A stretch of DNA of 64,000 bases from Promethearchaeota archaeon (lineage in GTDB: Archaea; Asgardarchaeota; Lokiarchaeia; Sigyniarchaeales; SOKP01): the NCBI GenBank assembly GCA_016839555.1, contig JAEOUA010000007.1, positions 32,001 through 96,000 of the forward strand, in the 5' to 3' direction. The translations under genes were made by a program, and so were the position numbers. Below the pieces are notes generated by a model, which made no database searches, had not been told where the DNA came from, and saw nothing but the letters and a program-made list of their open reading frames with translations. The stretch's first letter is position 1. Every line of letters begins with the position of its first letter. Positions 50,166 through 60,388 of the stretch are shown here, piece by piece.

Positions 50166-51692
50166 ATGACTGATAAAAAGAACGTATTATTTATTATTTC
50201 TGATGCTCATCGAGCAGATCACCTCAGCTGTTATGGAAATCCAACTTTAAAAACCCCTAATCTTGATAGACTTGCGAATGAAGGCGTCAGATTTACAAAT
50301 TATTTCTGTACAAATCCTATATGCATGCCAAATCGTGCGACATTAATGACTGGAAAATATCCTAATCTTCATGGCGTAAGAAGTAATGGAATAAATTTAG
50401 ATAAAGATATTCCCACTGTTGCTCAAACGCTGAAAAAAAGAGGATGGCATACTGCAGCAGTAGGGAAAATTCATCACCAATATTGGATGGCTCCCTTTAA
50501 AAGAAAATATACTTCAGCCGAGAATCTCATAAGTTGGGCTCTTGATGATCCTGGCAATGATCCTGTAAAAGAAAAATTTCCATTACCTTATTATGGGTAT
50601 GAGGAAGTGGAATTGGTAGTAGGAAACGGCAGTATCTGCTCAGGGCATTATTTAGAATGGCTAGAAGAAAAAAATCCTTCAGTTGCTGAGGAGGTTAAGC
50701 AAAGAATCCCGAATTATGATAATCTTTTCAGCTTATTTTGTGAAGATATTCCTGGAGAGTATTATAGCAGTACATTCATAAGAGAACGAACAATCGCCTT
50801 TCTGGAACGATATGTTAATGGAGAATATGGTGAAAAACCATTTTATTTACATTGCTCATTTCCAGATCCTCATTATCCCGTGGCTCCTCCGAAAAGATTT
50901 CAGGAAATGTATCCACCAGAGGATATTCAGCTTCCAGAAACTTTTAATGACACAGAAAGACTCTATTCTCATCCATTCTTAGGACCACACTTAGAGAAAC
51001 CCCCATTCAAGAAGGCATTTCTTCGGGAAGCCACCGAAGAGGAAACTCGTAAATTTATAGCATTAACTTATGCTTCAATTGCCTATATAGATCACTGCAT
51101 TGGCGAAATATTAGCCTCTTTGGAACAATTGGGTCTTGCGGAAAATACAATTGCAATTTATACGAGTGATCATGGTGATCTTATGGGAGATCATGGCCTA
51201 TTATTTAAAGGTCCATGCCCTTTTAATGGTGTACTGCAATTACCTTTTATTTGGAGAGTACCAGGTATGACTCCACCAGGAAGCGTGAGCGATTCATTAA
51301 TTAGTTCTGTTGATTATGCGAAAACTATTTTGAATTTATTAGGTGTTAAAGAGCGCTACCATCCTCCCGATATGCAGGGTAAAGATTTTTCTCCCCTCTT
51401 AAAAAACCCAGATGCAGAAGTGAGAGATTGTTGCTATATAGAAAATGATGAAGAGATTGGCACACTTAAGTCTAGGTTAAGGCATTTGATAACTAAGGAA
51501 TATAAATTAACGGTTTATCAAACCAAACCCAATCATGGTGATATTTATGATAGAATAAATGATCCCTTAGAACTCCATAATTTTTGGTATGAAGATAGCT
51601 TTAAAGAAAAAAGATTTGAGCTTTTAAATAAACTCCTTAATGAATGTCTTAAAGCATTAGGTCATTCTCCAAAAAGAATAGCCGGAACATAA
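50166..51692 (+). CDS. Formylglycine-type sulfatase
   Basis: NVLFIISD, CMPNR (CxPxR), GKIH, DPH, SDHGD. Confidence 0.9.
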   Translation: MTDKKNVLFIISDAHRADHLSCYGNPTLKTPNLDRLANEGVRFTNYFCTNPICMPNRATLMTGKYPNLHGVRSNGINLDKDIPTVAQTLKKRGWHTAAVGKIHHQYWMAPFKRKYTSAENLISWALDDPGNDPVKEKFPLPYYGYEEVELVVGNGSICSGHYLEWLEEKNPSVAEEVKQRIPNYDNLFSLFCEDIPGEYYSSTFIRERTIAFLERYVNGEYGEKPFYLHCSFPDPHYPVAPPKRFQEMYPPEDIQLPETFNDTERLYSHPFLGPHLEKPPFKKAFLREATEEETRKFIALTYASIAYIDHCIGEILASLEQLGLAENTIAIYTSDHGDLMGDHGLLFKGPCPFNGVLQLPFIWRVPGMTPPGSVSDSLISSVDYAKTILNLLGVKERYHPPDMQGKDFSPLLKNPDAEVRDCCYIENDEEIGTLKSRLRHLITKEYKLTVYQTKPNHGDIYDRINDPLELHNFWYEDSFKEKRFELLNKLLNECLKALGHSPKRIAGT

Positions 51693-51710
51693 TTGAAATA
51701 GAGAACAATC

Positions 51711-51943
51711 TTATTTTTTTAATCTTTTTAAATCTTCAGAAAAAGTTAAATCGTTTAATATTTTTACTTTATCATAATGATTGCCAGAAAATCAAGCTGC
51801 AGAAGGCGGATGTCCATGAATTTTTCCCATATTCAGTTATTTTTCAACTTTTTATCTCGCCTGGTTCTCTTGAAATATATCAAGCCACATTCTATATCAA
51901 TATCAAATTTTTTCCCATATCTTTAGCAAATGGGAGGTTTCAT
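51711..51943 (-). pseudogene. Decayed small Cys/His protein gene
   Basis: MKPPIC*...GLIYFKR then, after a frameshift, GHPP...; contains internal stops. Confidence 0.4.
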
Positions 51944-52094
51944 TTTTCTAAATACTCTAATCTATTCTTCTAATGAGTATATAAAAATAATGAAAAGAGG
52001 TACAACACGATAAATATCGAAAACTCATTTTAAAAAAGATTTCAGAATTTATTTAAGAAAGAATAATTAAAAATCTGAATTTAAATAGCTGGTA

Positions 52095-53078
52095 TTAAAC
52101 ATGAGTATTAATAAATTTTCCGATAATATTCCAAGCTTGAATACTTTCTTCTAATTCATCAGCAAATGTCTGAAAAACGTGAGTCATTCCTTCATATACT
52201 TCTAAAGTCACATCAACTCCTGCTTCTTTTGTTCTTTCTGCCAATAATATTGAATCATCCAAAACCACCTCAATTCCTCCAGCTTGGATCAAAAGGGGCG
52301 GTAAATCGTGTAAATCTGCATAAACAGGAGATATAAATGGATTTTTTAAACTTTCTTTACCAGCATATAATCTTGACATAACTTTCACACCAATAGCTAA
52401 TTCAGGTTCATACATATAAAATTTTTTAATCGATTTTCCTTTTGACCGTAAATCAACCCATGGTGATAACATTACTGCTGCAGCAGGTAAGGGAAGGTTT
52501 AATTCTCTAAGTTTTAACATTGTCGCCATTGTTAATCCTCCTCCAGCGGATTCTCCGCAGATTATTACATTTTTTGGATTAGTGCCTGAGTCTATTAGCC
52601 ATTTATATGCGTTTAAAGAATCTTTCAATGCAGCTGGATAAGAGTGTTCTGGGGCTAATCTATATCCAACATTTAAAACCCGTATTTTAGTAAGTCTTGA
52701 ATATAAATATGGTTCCCAACGAGTTGTTGGGAGGTCCCCCATAATATACCCTCCCCCAAATAAGTGAAACAATATCTTTTCTTCAGAAGCTTCTGGTACA
52801 TATATCCATTCTGACTGAACACCTCCCGCGTAGATCTTTTCAAAAATAACATCTTTAGAAATTTGTTTAGCTTTTTCTAAATCCATACAAGCTGAAATAT
52901 ATCGATTATATTCCAATAAAATATCCCAATCAGCTTTGAAACTAGTAATTTTTTCAAGAGATACTCCTTTTTTTTCAGCAAATTCTTTCGCATACTCCAA
53001 TTTTATTCTAAACTCTTCTTCCAATAGTTTACCTAATTTAGTGTGTACTTTAGCTACTTCTAAATATGACAATAACAT
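52095..53078 (-). CDS. Alpha/beta hydrolase (HSL-type esterase)
   Basis: FGGGY, YRLAPEH, GESAGG, LSPW, H in GMTHVF. Confidence 0.9.
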   Translation of the reverse strand: MLLSYLEVAKVHTKLGKLLEEEFRIKLEYAKEFAEKKGVSLEKITSFKADWDILLEYNRYISACMDLEKAKQISKDVIFEKIYAGGVQSEWIYVPEASEEKILFHLFGGGYIMGDLPTTRWEPYLYSRLTKIRVLNVGYRLAPEHSYPAALKDSLNAYKWLIDSGTNPKNVIICGESAGGGLTMATMLKLRELNLPLPAAAVMLSPWVDLRSKGKSIKKFYMYEPELAIGVKVMSRLYAGKESLKNPFISPVYADLHDLPPLLIQAGGIEVVLDDSILLAERTKEAGVDVTLEVYEGMTHVFQTFADELEESIQAWNIIGKFINTHV

Positions 53079-53383
53079 TCTCCTCTTTTCAACTTTAATT
53101 TAGTATCTTATAACAAAATTTCGAATTTTAATAAATTTTATTATGAATTTTTAATATTTTTCAATATTTTTAGTGGATTCATAGAAGATGTACTAAATTA
53201 ATATATTCTAAATAAAAATAAATAAAATGAAATTTGATTATTTTTTAAATCTTGGTCAGTATCAAAAATAAGATAGATATAACCTTATTATAGACGATTT
53301 ATAATTCAAATCTACCAAAAGTATTAATTTGAGTGATGCATAAAGATAAACGATCTTTTAAAAATTTATAGAGGCATCCAATT

Positions 53384-54286
53384 ATGAAAATATATATAAT
53401 TAAAAAATCAAAAAAGGTACCATTTCATTTGATAATAGTAATTATATTATTATTTTCGGGGCTATTAACCATATACAGCTTTAATTTCTTGTCTACTACT
53501 GGTAATAATATACCTCTTATGACACCAATATCTCCTTCTATTAAAGCAGCGCAAGGATCCAAGAATGATGACCAAAATGACTTCTATTATCTACTTGCGG
53601 GGGGAAAACTACCTTCTGGTCAGGAACCCGATCCAAGGTACGATTTGAAGAGATTGAGTTATGATGCTGATGGTGCAATTAACCTAACGGTTTGGGGTAC
53701 TTTAGACGTTAATGATGGAAATATGACAAATGCTGACCCTTTTTGGATTTCATTTAAATATCAAAATGAAATACATGGTATTCAAATAGGCACAGGGGCG
53801 TCTAAGAATGATAGTAAAATCAGGGCATATCTTACTAAAATGTCAGAAACTGAAATACAACTATATTGGAATGGATCTGATTGGGTGGATTTTGATAGTT
53901 TTAATGGCACAGCTGACGATGATTCTTGGGATTTATGTAGTACTCAACCCAATGGAACATCAAAAGTAATAATCGATATTCCCAGCGATACAGGGATAGT
54001 TCTTGCAAATGCACAATTTGCAGGTACTTTTATAAATCCTTTCTATCCACATAAAAAATTACATTATGGTGCGATGTCTGTAATTTATACTGGAGATGAT
54101 TATATACTTGACATTATAACATTTCCCATTGGCATAGATCCGATTCTTTTTTTGCTCTTCTCGCAAACATCCGAACCTTCAGTAATTCCTGGTTATCCTT
54201 CAGTAATTTTCATATCAACAACGATTATTATCATTCTTATGGTGCTGGTGATATTACAAAAAAAAAATCTTTTTACTTTGATTTAA
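53384..54286 (+). CDS. Secreted/surface protein with an IPGY (Loki-CTERM-like) C-terminal anchor
   Basis: N-terminal signal helix; C-terminal IPGY + transmembrane helix + KK. Confidence 0.7.
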   Translation: MKIYIIKKSKKVPFHLIIVIILLFSGLLTIYSFNFLSTTGNNIPLMTPISPSIKAAQGSKNDDQNDFYYLLAGGKLPSGQEPDPRYDLKRLSYDADGAINLTVWGTLDVNDGNMTNADPFWISFKYQNEIHGIQIGTGASKNDSKIRAYLTKMSETEIQLYWNGSDWVDFDSFNGTADDDSWDLCSTQPNGTSKVIIDIPSDTGIVLANAQFAGTFINPFYPHKKLHYGAMSVIYTGDDYILDIITFPIGIDPILFLLFSQTSEPSVIPGYPSVIFISTTIIIILMVLVILQKKNLFTLI

Positions 54287-54397
54287 ACGAGGTATCTTTA
54301 ATTTCCAATTAGTTTTAAATCCATTTTTTTATCTCTATTCTGTAAGATATATAAATTTCTCTAAATATTCGATTCTTTAATTTACAATACTTTAAAA

Positions 54398-55639
54398 TTA
54401 TCTATGTTTATATTTATCTTTAACAAATGTCAACGTTATAACAAAAGTTAATGATATTAGAAAGAATATCGAATAAAAAGGAAAAAACACATTATATTCA
54501 CCTAACCAGCATATAACAATTGGGCCGATAGCGCCGAAAAAAAACCCAATTGCGTTATTAAATCCGATCCCAGTCCCTTTTAAATTAGGATCAATCTCTA
54601 CGATTACATCTAACAAGAGTGTACTCCCAGCAGGGTCATATAACGCAAGTCCAACTCCAATAGCAATAGTTAAAATGACAAAAACAATAAAATCTTTAGA
54701 AAAATTAAAAAAAAAGAAAAATCCGAAACAAATTGTGATTGATTGCCCTATAAGCATCATTTTTTTTGGACCTTGTTTATCCAAGACCTTACTTGAGAGA
54801 ATTACAAAGCCTACATAAAATGCAACAATTATAATGAGAATATAACTACTTGTTATTTCATCTATTCCATAATAATTTTGGAGCACCCAGATTAAATACG
54901 CGACAACTCCTCCAAATATGAACCATCGCGTAGCATTTAAAAAAATTGTTATATTAACCTCTGAGTTTTTCAATAATTTAAAAATTTTCTCCCTTTTTAA
55001 AGTCTTATTGTTCTCCGACCCAAGATTAGTATTTTCAGAGTTCTGATTTTCCATTTGATTATTCTTGAAAACAATTAATAAAAAAATTGAACTTAATAAT
55101 ATTAAGCTCCCAGATATGGAAAAAATATGTCTAAAACCTAAATAAGAGGAGATATAACCTCCAAGAATAATACCGCTAAAATATCCAATATTAAGAGAGA
55201 GGGAATAATACGCCATTCCTTTGCCATGCTGCTCTTTTTTAAAGATATCACCAATAATTGCCTGCAATATGGAAGTATAAGCCCCAATACCTTGAATTGC
55301 TCTAAAAATTATTAATTGTCTGATAGTTTGAGCAAAAAAACATAAAAAAGTGCCAATTATATAAATACTCATTGCAATAAGTACTATTATTCTTCGTCCA
55401 AATTTATCAGAAGCAGCTGCGATTGGAAATTGGAAAATAGATTGCATTATAGAATATATACCGATAACTATACCATAGGAAATTAAAGAACCTTCCAATT
55501 CTATGATAAATGAGGGTAATCCTAAATCCACAATACTTATACCAATATTTCTTAAGGTGCAAGCAAATAATACTGCTAATAAAAGGATTTTTAAATGCTT
55601 CCCTAACTGATGGATATTTGGTTTTATATCCCCACTCAC
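54398..55639 (-). CDS. MFS transporter
   Basis: SDKFGRR motif A, FRAIQGIG, ~12 TM helices. Confidence 0.9.
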   Translation of the reverse strand: MSGDIKPNIHQLGKHLKILLLAVLFACTLRNIGISIVDLGLPSFIIELEGSLISYGIVIGIYSIMQSIFQFPIAAASDKFGRRIIVLIAMSIYIIGTFLCFFAQTIRQLIIFRAIQGIGAYTSILQAIIGDIFKKEQHGKGMAYYSLSLNIGYFSGIILGGYISSYLGFRHIFSISGSLILLSSIFLLIVFKNNQMENQNSENTNLGSENNKTLKREKIFKLLKNSEVNITIFLNATRWFIFGGVVAYLIWVLQNYYGIDEITSSYILIIIVAFYVGFVILSSKVLDKQGPKKMMLIGQSITICFGFFFFFNFSKDFIVFVILTIAIGVGLALYDPAGSTLLLDVIVEIDPNLKGTGIGFNNAIGFFFGAIGPIVICWLGEYNVFFPFYSIFFLISLTFVITLTFVKDKYKHR

Positions 55640-55836
55640 ATTAACATCAACTCATTAACTATTTGGTAAATTAAAAAAGCAATAAAAACTTGATTTTCAA
55701 ATTCTATTCTGTTTCAATATATCGTAAAAATTGAACTCTAAGTTTAAGATTCTATTTTTAAAAACAAGATTTAATAATTTTGAAACCAAAATTGAGAAAT
55801 TTATTTTACATTAGAATTTTTCAATTTTTTCAAATT

Positions 55837-57738
55837 TTAAATAAATTCTTCTAATTGCAATTCTGTCATTTTTGCTTTAGTAGGATGGCCTGTTTTAATG
55901 TCCCAACCACGTTCATCATAATAATTGTCTAATAGTTTTTCAGCAATTTCATGAGTAATTTTGACATCGCCTTGAAAATTTTTAAATTTGAGTTTATTTT
56001 CCCCATATTTTAATGGTTTGAACCATTCAGGAGGAAATTTATCGTCTTTTCGGCTAAAACCTTCTTTTACATTTAGAGATCTCAATAAGTTCCATGTCCT
56101 TTCTGCTGCTTTTCTTAAATGCTCGGAAGTGAAATCGAACCCTGTAGCTGCGTTATAAAAATCTATAACAGATTCTAGGCTATAGAATCTATTCATTTGA
56201 GCACGAGCACATAATCCCAATATTGTTAATACCGTATACCAATCTTCGGAATACCTAGTTAGACGCCCAACATCAACCCCCATTTCTGTTTTAGGAGGGT
56301 CAAATAATCGAGCAAAAGCACTCTGAGGGATACCCATTCTATCAAAGTGCCTCTTAAATTTTTCTTTAGAATGACCCGCTCCTACATAGGTTGGTGATCC
56401 TCCAGACGCGACATGTGCTCCTTTTGGATTAACTACTTGTTCAAATTCCATTGTTCCAAGGCGTAAGAAACGGGGCTCAAATATAACATCCAATCCTTTT
56501 ATTGTCAGCATTTTTTTATCTATTTCTGGATATTTTTCGGATAATTTATTCCATCCCTCAGCTAAAATATCTCCAAATCCTTTTCGATAAGTTATCATCT
56601 CAATTAATTTTATTAAAGAGTGATAATCTCGATTTAAGTTCTCCCCGATTTCATCCTCAGTTAAAATCCCTTTCTCATTCATAGTTGCTAAAAATTCTAA
56701 TAAGGAGGTTATTGTAAGAGAATCGAGACCATATCGATTAATTATATCAAAGGCGTTAATCGCTTGACCATAAGTCTCAACTCCATCCAGAGTTAACATT
56801 AGAAATGGATTAATAACTGAAGAAGTATAATTAGTTAAACCAGAAAAGTTTCCTTCTTGCAATTCTAATAAATCTTTATCACCCATCGGACAAGAGGGAC
56901 ACGCCATACGACGATATTTTATTTTTTTGAGATAGGTTCGTTCATTACACTGGCGAGCTTTTTTCTTCTGTCCTTTCGCTGCTAAAATCATATTAATCGG
57001 TAAGCTTCGTAGCATTCCTAATTCATGCCAAGATTCTCGGTGTGGGTAATTTTGTATTCTTTTATATAAATTTCGATATAAAATCATAAATTTTTTCGGT
57101 TTTGCTATAGATATACCTTTTGTTCCTTGAACTATAATGGCTTTTAAATTCTTAGAACCCATTATTGCTCCCAAGCCTCCTCTTCCGAGAGTTGATGTTT
57201 TATCAATTAATGTTAATGCTGATTTTACTAAGTTTTCACCTGCTTGTCCGATTGCTATTACACCAGAATTTCCATACTCTTTTTTAAGTATATTTGTGGT
57301 CTCTACTATATCTTTCCCCCATAATCCAATTGCATCTTTTATTATTACTGCATCATCTTTAATATATAAATAGCTGGGATTTTCTGCTTTATTTCGAATG
57401 ATAATATGATCATATCCTGCTTGTTTCAAATAAAATCCAAAACTCATACTCCCACAAGAGTTGACAATTGCTCCAGTTGCTGGAAATTTAGACATAACCA
57501 CAGTTCGCGATGCGCCTGGCATAATTGTTCCTACTAAGGGGCCGGTCCCAATAATAATTACATTTTCTGAGGATAATGGCTTTATCTCTGGAGTGAGGAA
57601 TTCAGCAGCTAATCGGCAATTCATTCCTATGCCTCCTATAAATTGAGAGATATCTTCAATTTCTTCCTTCTCAATAAACTTAGTTTTATTTGCTAAATTA
57701 ATATTAAGAATATTACCAGTATATCCATTCCATTTCAT
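55837..57738 (-). CDS. Aldehyde:ferredoxin oxidoreductase family (tungstopterin)
   Basis: GYTGNIL, IGQAGEN, GRGGLGAIMGSKNLKAI, YYDERGWD. Confidence 0.9.
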   Translation of the reverse strand: MKWNGYTGNILNINLANKTKFIEKEEIEDISQFIGGIGMNCRLAAEFLTPEIKPLSSENVIIIGTGPLVGTIMPGASRTVVMSKFPATGAIVNSCGSMSFGFYLKQAGYDHIIIRNKAENPSYLYIKDDAVIIKDAIGLWGKDIVETTNILKKEYGNSGVIAIGQAGENLVKSALTLIDKTSTLGRGGLGAIMGSKNLKAIIVQGTKGISIAKPKKFMILYRNLYKRIQNYPHRESWHELGMLRSLPINMILAAKGQKKKARQCNERTYLKKIKYRRMACPSCPMGDKDLLELQEGNFSGLTNYTSSVINPFLMLTLDGVETYGQAINAFDIINRYGLDSLTITSLLEFLATMNEKGILTEDEIGENLNRDYHSLIKLIEMITYRKGFGDILAEGWNKLSEKYPEIDKKMLTIKGLDVIFEPRFLRLGTMEFEQVVNPKGAHVASGGSPTYVGAGHSKEKFKRHFDRMGIPQSAFARLFDPPKTEMGVDVGRLTRYSEDWYTVLTILGLCARAQMNRFYSLESVIDFYNAATGFDFTSEHLRKAAERTWNLLRSLNVKEGFSRKDDKFPPEWFKPLKYGENKLKFKNFQGDVKITHEIAEKLLDNYYDERGWDIKTGHPTKAKMTELQLEEFI

Positions 57739-57983
57739 TTTTCATCTCCCTCCACAATTTCTAAAGCATTATATATGCAATATTCTACGCATAAACCACA
57801 CTTCTTGCAAGTTTCTAAAATTTCTAACTTAGGAGTTCGCCCATATGGATTTTCTATCCTAATATGAGAGAGGGAAGGGTTGAATTGTTGCGTGTAGGTA
57901 TAAGAACATATTAATTGGCACACACGACATCCCGTACAATTATTGGGGTTGAATCGTATATTAAAATCTGAATGTGTTTGCAA
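57735..57983 (-). CDS. 4Fe-4S ferredoxin partner of the AOR-family enzyme
   Basis: CTGCRVCQLIC and CKKCGLCVEYC; 4-nt overlap with the AOR gene. Confidence 0.85.
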   Translation of the reverse strand: MQTHSDFNIRFNPNNCTGCRVCQLICSYTYTQQFNPSLSHIRIENPYGRTPKLEILETCKKCGLCVEYCIYNALEIVEGDEK

Positions 57984-58363
57984 TTTAAAGCACTTTTATG
58001 TGTTTTATACTAACTTAGGTTATGCAAATTATAGAATTTGATTTCTTAAATACATTCTCATGTTGTTTTGTTTTCAATTTCTTCTGCTATTTTAAAGAAT
58101 ATATCATAAAAAACTTACAACAAGAATTCAAACATAAATATTTATTACTCTGATCAATTACTGAGAACCATATGAATAAAATTCCCTTTGAATGATTTTC
58201 CAAAAAGAAGTAATCTTTTTTAACTCATTTTAGTTCAAAATTATCGTCTCCATAAAAAATTTGTATAATTAATTGAAATTTTTCTTAGGACTAAAATTTA
58301 ATAACTTTAAAATTTGAATAGTATATAGAGGATAAAACTAAAAAATAAGTTAGTGGAGTAGAA

Positions 58364-60259
58364 TTGGAAAAATTTGAAGATCTCGAAAGAGATTGGAGAG
58401 AAAGGTGGAAAGATAAAGAAATTGAAGTAGCAGATGCCATTCAGAAGATAATTCCCGGGAATAGAGTTTTTATAGGTACTGGATGTTCCGAGCCTCAAGC
58501 ACTTACTAAAGAATTAATAAAGCAATCAGAGTCTCTGATTGATACGGAAATCATTCATTTTTTAACAATTGGCCCTGAAAAATATTTTCCAAAAGAAAAA
58601 AGAGAAGATCTTTTCCGACATAACGCGTTATTTATAGGAAAATCTTTACGGGAAGAAATTAATAAGGGGCAAGCGGATTATACACCAATTTTCGTTCAAG
58701 ACATCCCAGAGCTATTCACTTCTGGGAGAAAATATGTTGATGTAGCACTTATACAAGTATCTCCTCCGGATCGATATGGATTTTGCTCGTTTGGAATAAA
58801 TGTAGATATCACCAAGCCGATTGCCCAATCTTCTTATTTGACAATTGCAGAAATAAACCCCCAAATGCCAAGAACTTGGGGAAACTCCTTTATTCATATG
58901 AAGGAAATCGATTATTTCGTATACAATGATTCACCTTTGTTAGAATTTGAATTTACCCAACCTGATGAAATTGCAGAACGAATAGGAAAAAATGTTGCAA
59001 CACTAGTTGTGAATAAATCTACTATTCATATTGGTTTTGGCGATCTTCCCGTAGTAGTTTTAAAATATTTGAAAAATAAACATGATTTAGGGATGCATTC
59101 CCATCATATCACGGACCATATTATCCCTTTAATAGAGGATGGAGTGTTAACTTGTAGAAAAAAGAAGTTCCATCCAGAAAAAATTGTCACCAGCTTTTGT
59201 CTTGGCTCGCAAAAAATTTATGATTTTGTGGAAAATAATCCTTATATAGAATTTTATCCCTCTGATTACGTATGTAATCCTGTAAATATAGGAAATAATA
59301 ATGCAATGGTATCAATAAATTCTGCAAGACAGGTTGATTTAACGGGGCAAGTAAATGCTTCAGCGGAGGGTTATACCTTCTATTCTGGCTTTGGAGAAAC
59401 GGTAGATTTTATTAGGGGGGCAGCCATCTCTAAAAATGGAAAACCAATTATTATCTTACCATCAACAACCCGAGATGGTAAAAAATCTCGAATCGTGTCT
59501 CATTTAGATGAAGGTTCTGGAGTATTATTATCAAGAGGCGATGTGCATTATATTGTGACCGAATGGGGAATAGCATATTTACATGGGAAATCAATACGCG
59601 AAAGAGTAATCGAATTAATTTGCATCGCACATCCCAAATTTAGAGAGGAATTATTAGAAGAAGCTAAAAAATTGAATTACGTGTATTCTGACCAAATCCT
59701 CCCACTCGATTTTGATGGAAATATTTGTATCTATCCTGAACAATACGATACCTTTTTCAAGACCGAGGATGGTAAAAAGATCAGAGTTCGCCCCCTAAAA
59801 ACAACAGATGAACCCCTTTTAAAAAATTTATATTATTCTTTAGATGAACGCGATAGATATTTGCGGTTTTTCGAAATAAGAAAAGAATTTACTCATTCAA
59901 AAACTCAACATGAAGTGAATATTGATTATAAGAATGTTTTTTCCATAGGTGCATTTTTTGGCGATATTGGAAATGAAGATATGATTGGAACAGCATCTTA
60001 TCATTATAATCCCAGAAATAATATGGCAGAATTCGATTTTTTGGTCAATAAAAATTGGCGAAGTGCAGGGGTTGGTTCCTTTTTATATCATCACTTAATA
60101 ATTATCGCGAAAGAATACGGAATACGAGGATTTTATGGAAATATTCATATTCAAAATCGTAAGACTGTAAAAATTATAAAAGCAGGAGGTAAAACAAAAA
60201 TAACACCTCCAGATGTGGGTGAAAAGGAGCTATTTTACGAAGTCCTTTTTCAAGAATGA
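58364..60259 (+). CDS. Acetyl-CoA hydrolase/transferase with C-terminal GNAT domain
   Basis: DVALIQVSPPD, QVDLTGQV, DFIRGA, VTEWGIA, IAHPKFR; C-terminal W...GVG GNAT motif. Confidence 0.88.
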   Translation: MEKFEDLERDWRERWKDKEIEVADAIQKIIPGNRVFIGTGCSEPQALTKELIKQSESLIDTEIIHFLTIGPEKYFPKEKREDLFRHNALFIGKSLREEINKGQADYTPIFVQDIPELFTSGRKYVDVALIQVSPPDRYGFCSFGINVDITKPIAQSSYLTIAEINPQMPRTWGNSFIHMKEIDYFVYNDSPLLEFEFTQPDEIAERIGKNVATLVVNKSTIHIGFGDLPVVVLKYLKNKHDLGMHSHHITDHIIPLIEDGVLTCRKKKFHPEKIVTSFCLGSQKIYDFVENNPYIEFYPSDYVCNPVNIGNNNAMVSINSARQVDLTGQVNASAEGYTFYSGFGETVDFIRGAAISKNGKPIIILPSTTRDGKKSRIVSHLDEGSGVLLSRGDVHYIVTEWGIAYLHGKSIRERVIELICIAHPKFREELLEEAKKLNYVYSDQILPLDFDGNICIYPEQYDTFFKTEDGKKIRVRPLKTTDEPLLKNLYYSLDERDRYLRFFEIRKEFTHSKTQHEVNIDYKNVFSIGAFFGDIGNEDMIGTASYHYNPRNNMAEFDFLVNKNWRSAGVGSFLYHHLIIIAKEYGIRGFYGNIHIQNRKTVKIIKAGGKTKITPPDVGEKELFYEVLFQE

Positions 60260-60388
60260 ATATAATAAGGATTTCTTAATTTTGGCAAAAATATAAGGTA
60301 TATTTTTTTATTTCAAATGGAAAAGATAAAAAATATAAAATAAGGAGTTTAAAGAATTGTATAGCTAATGTTTATATATCGGTTAACT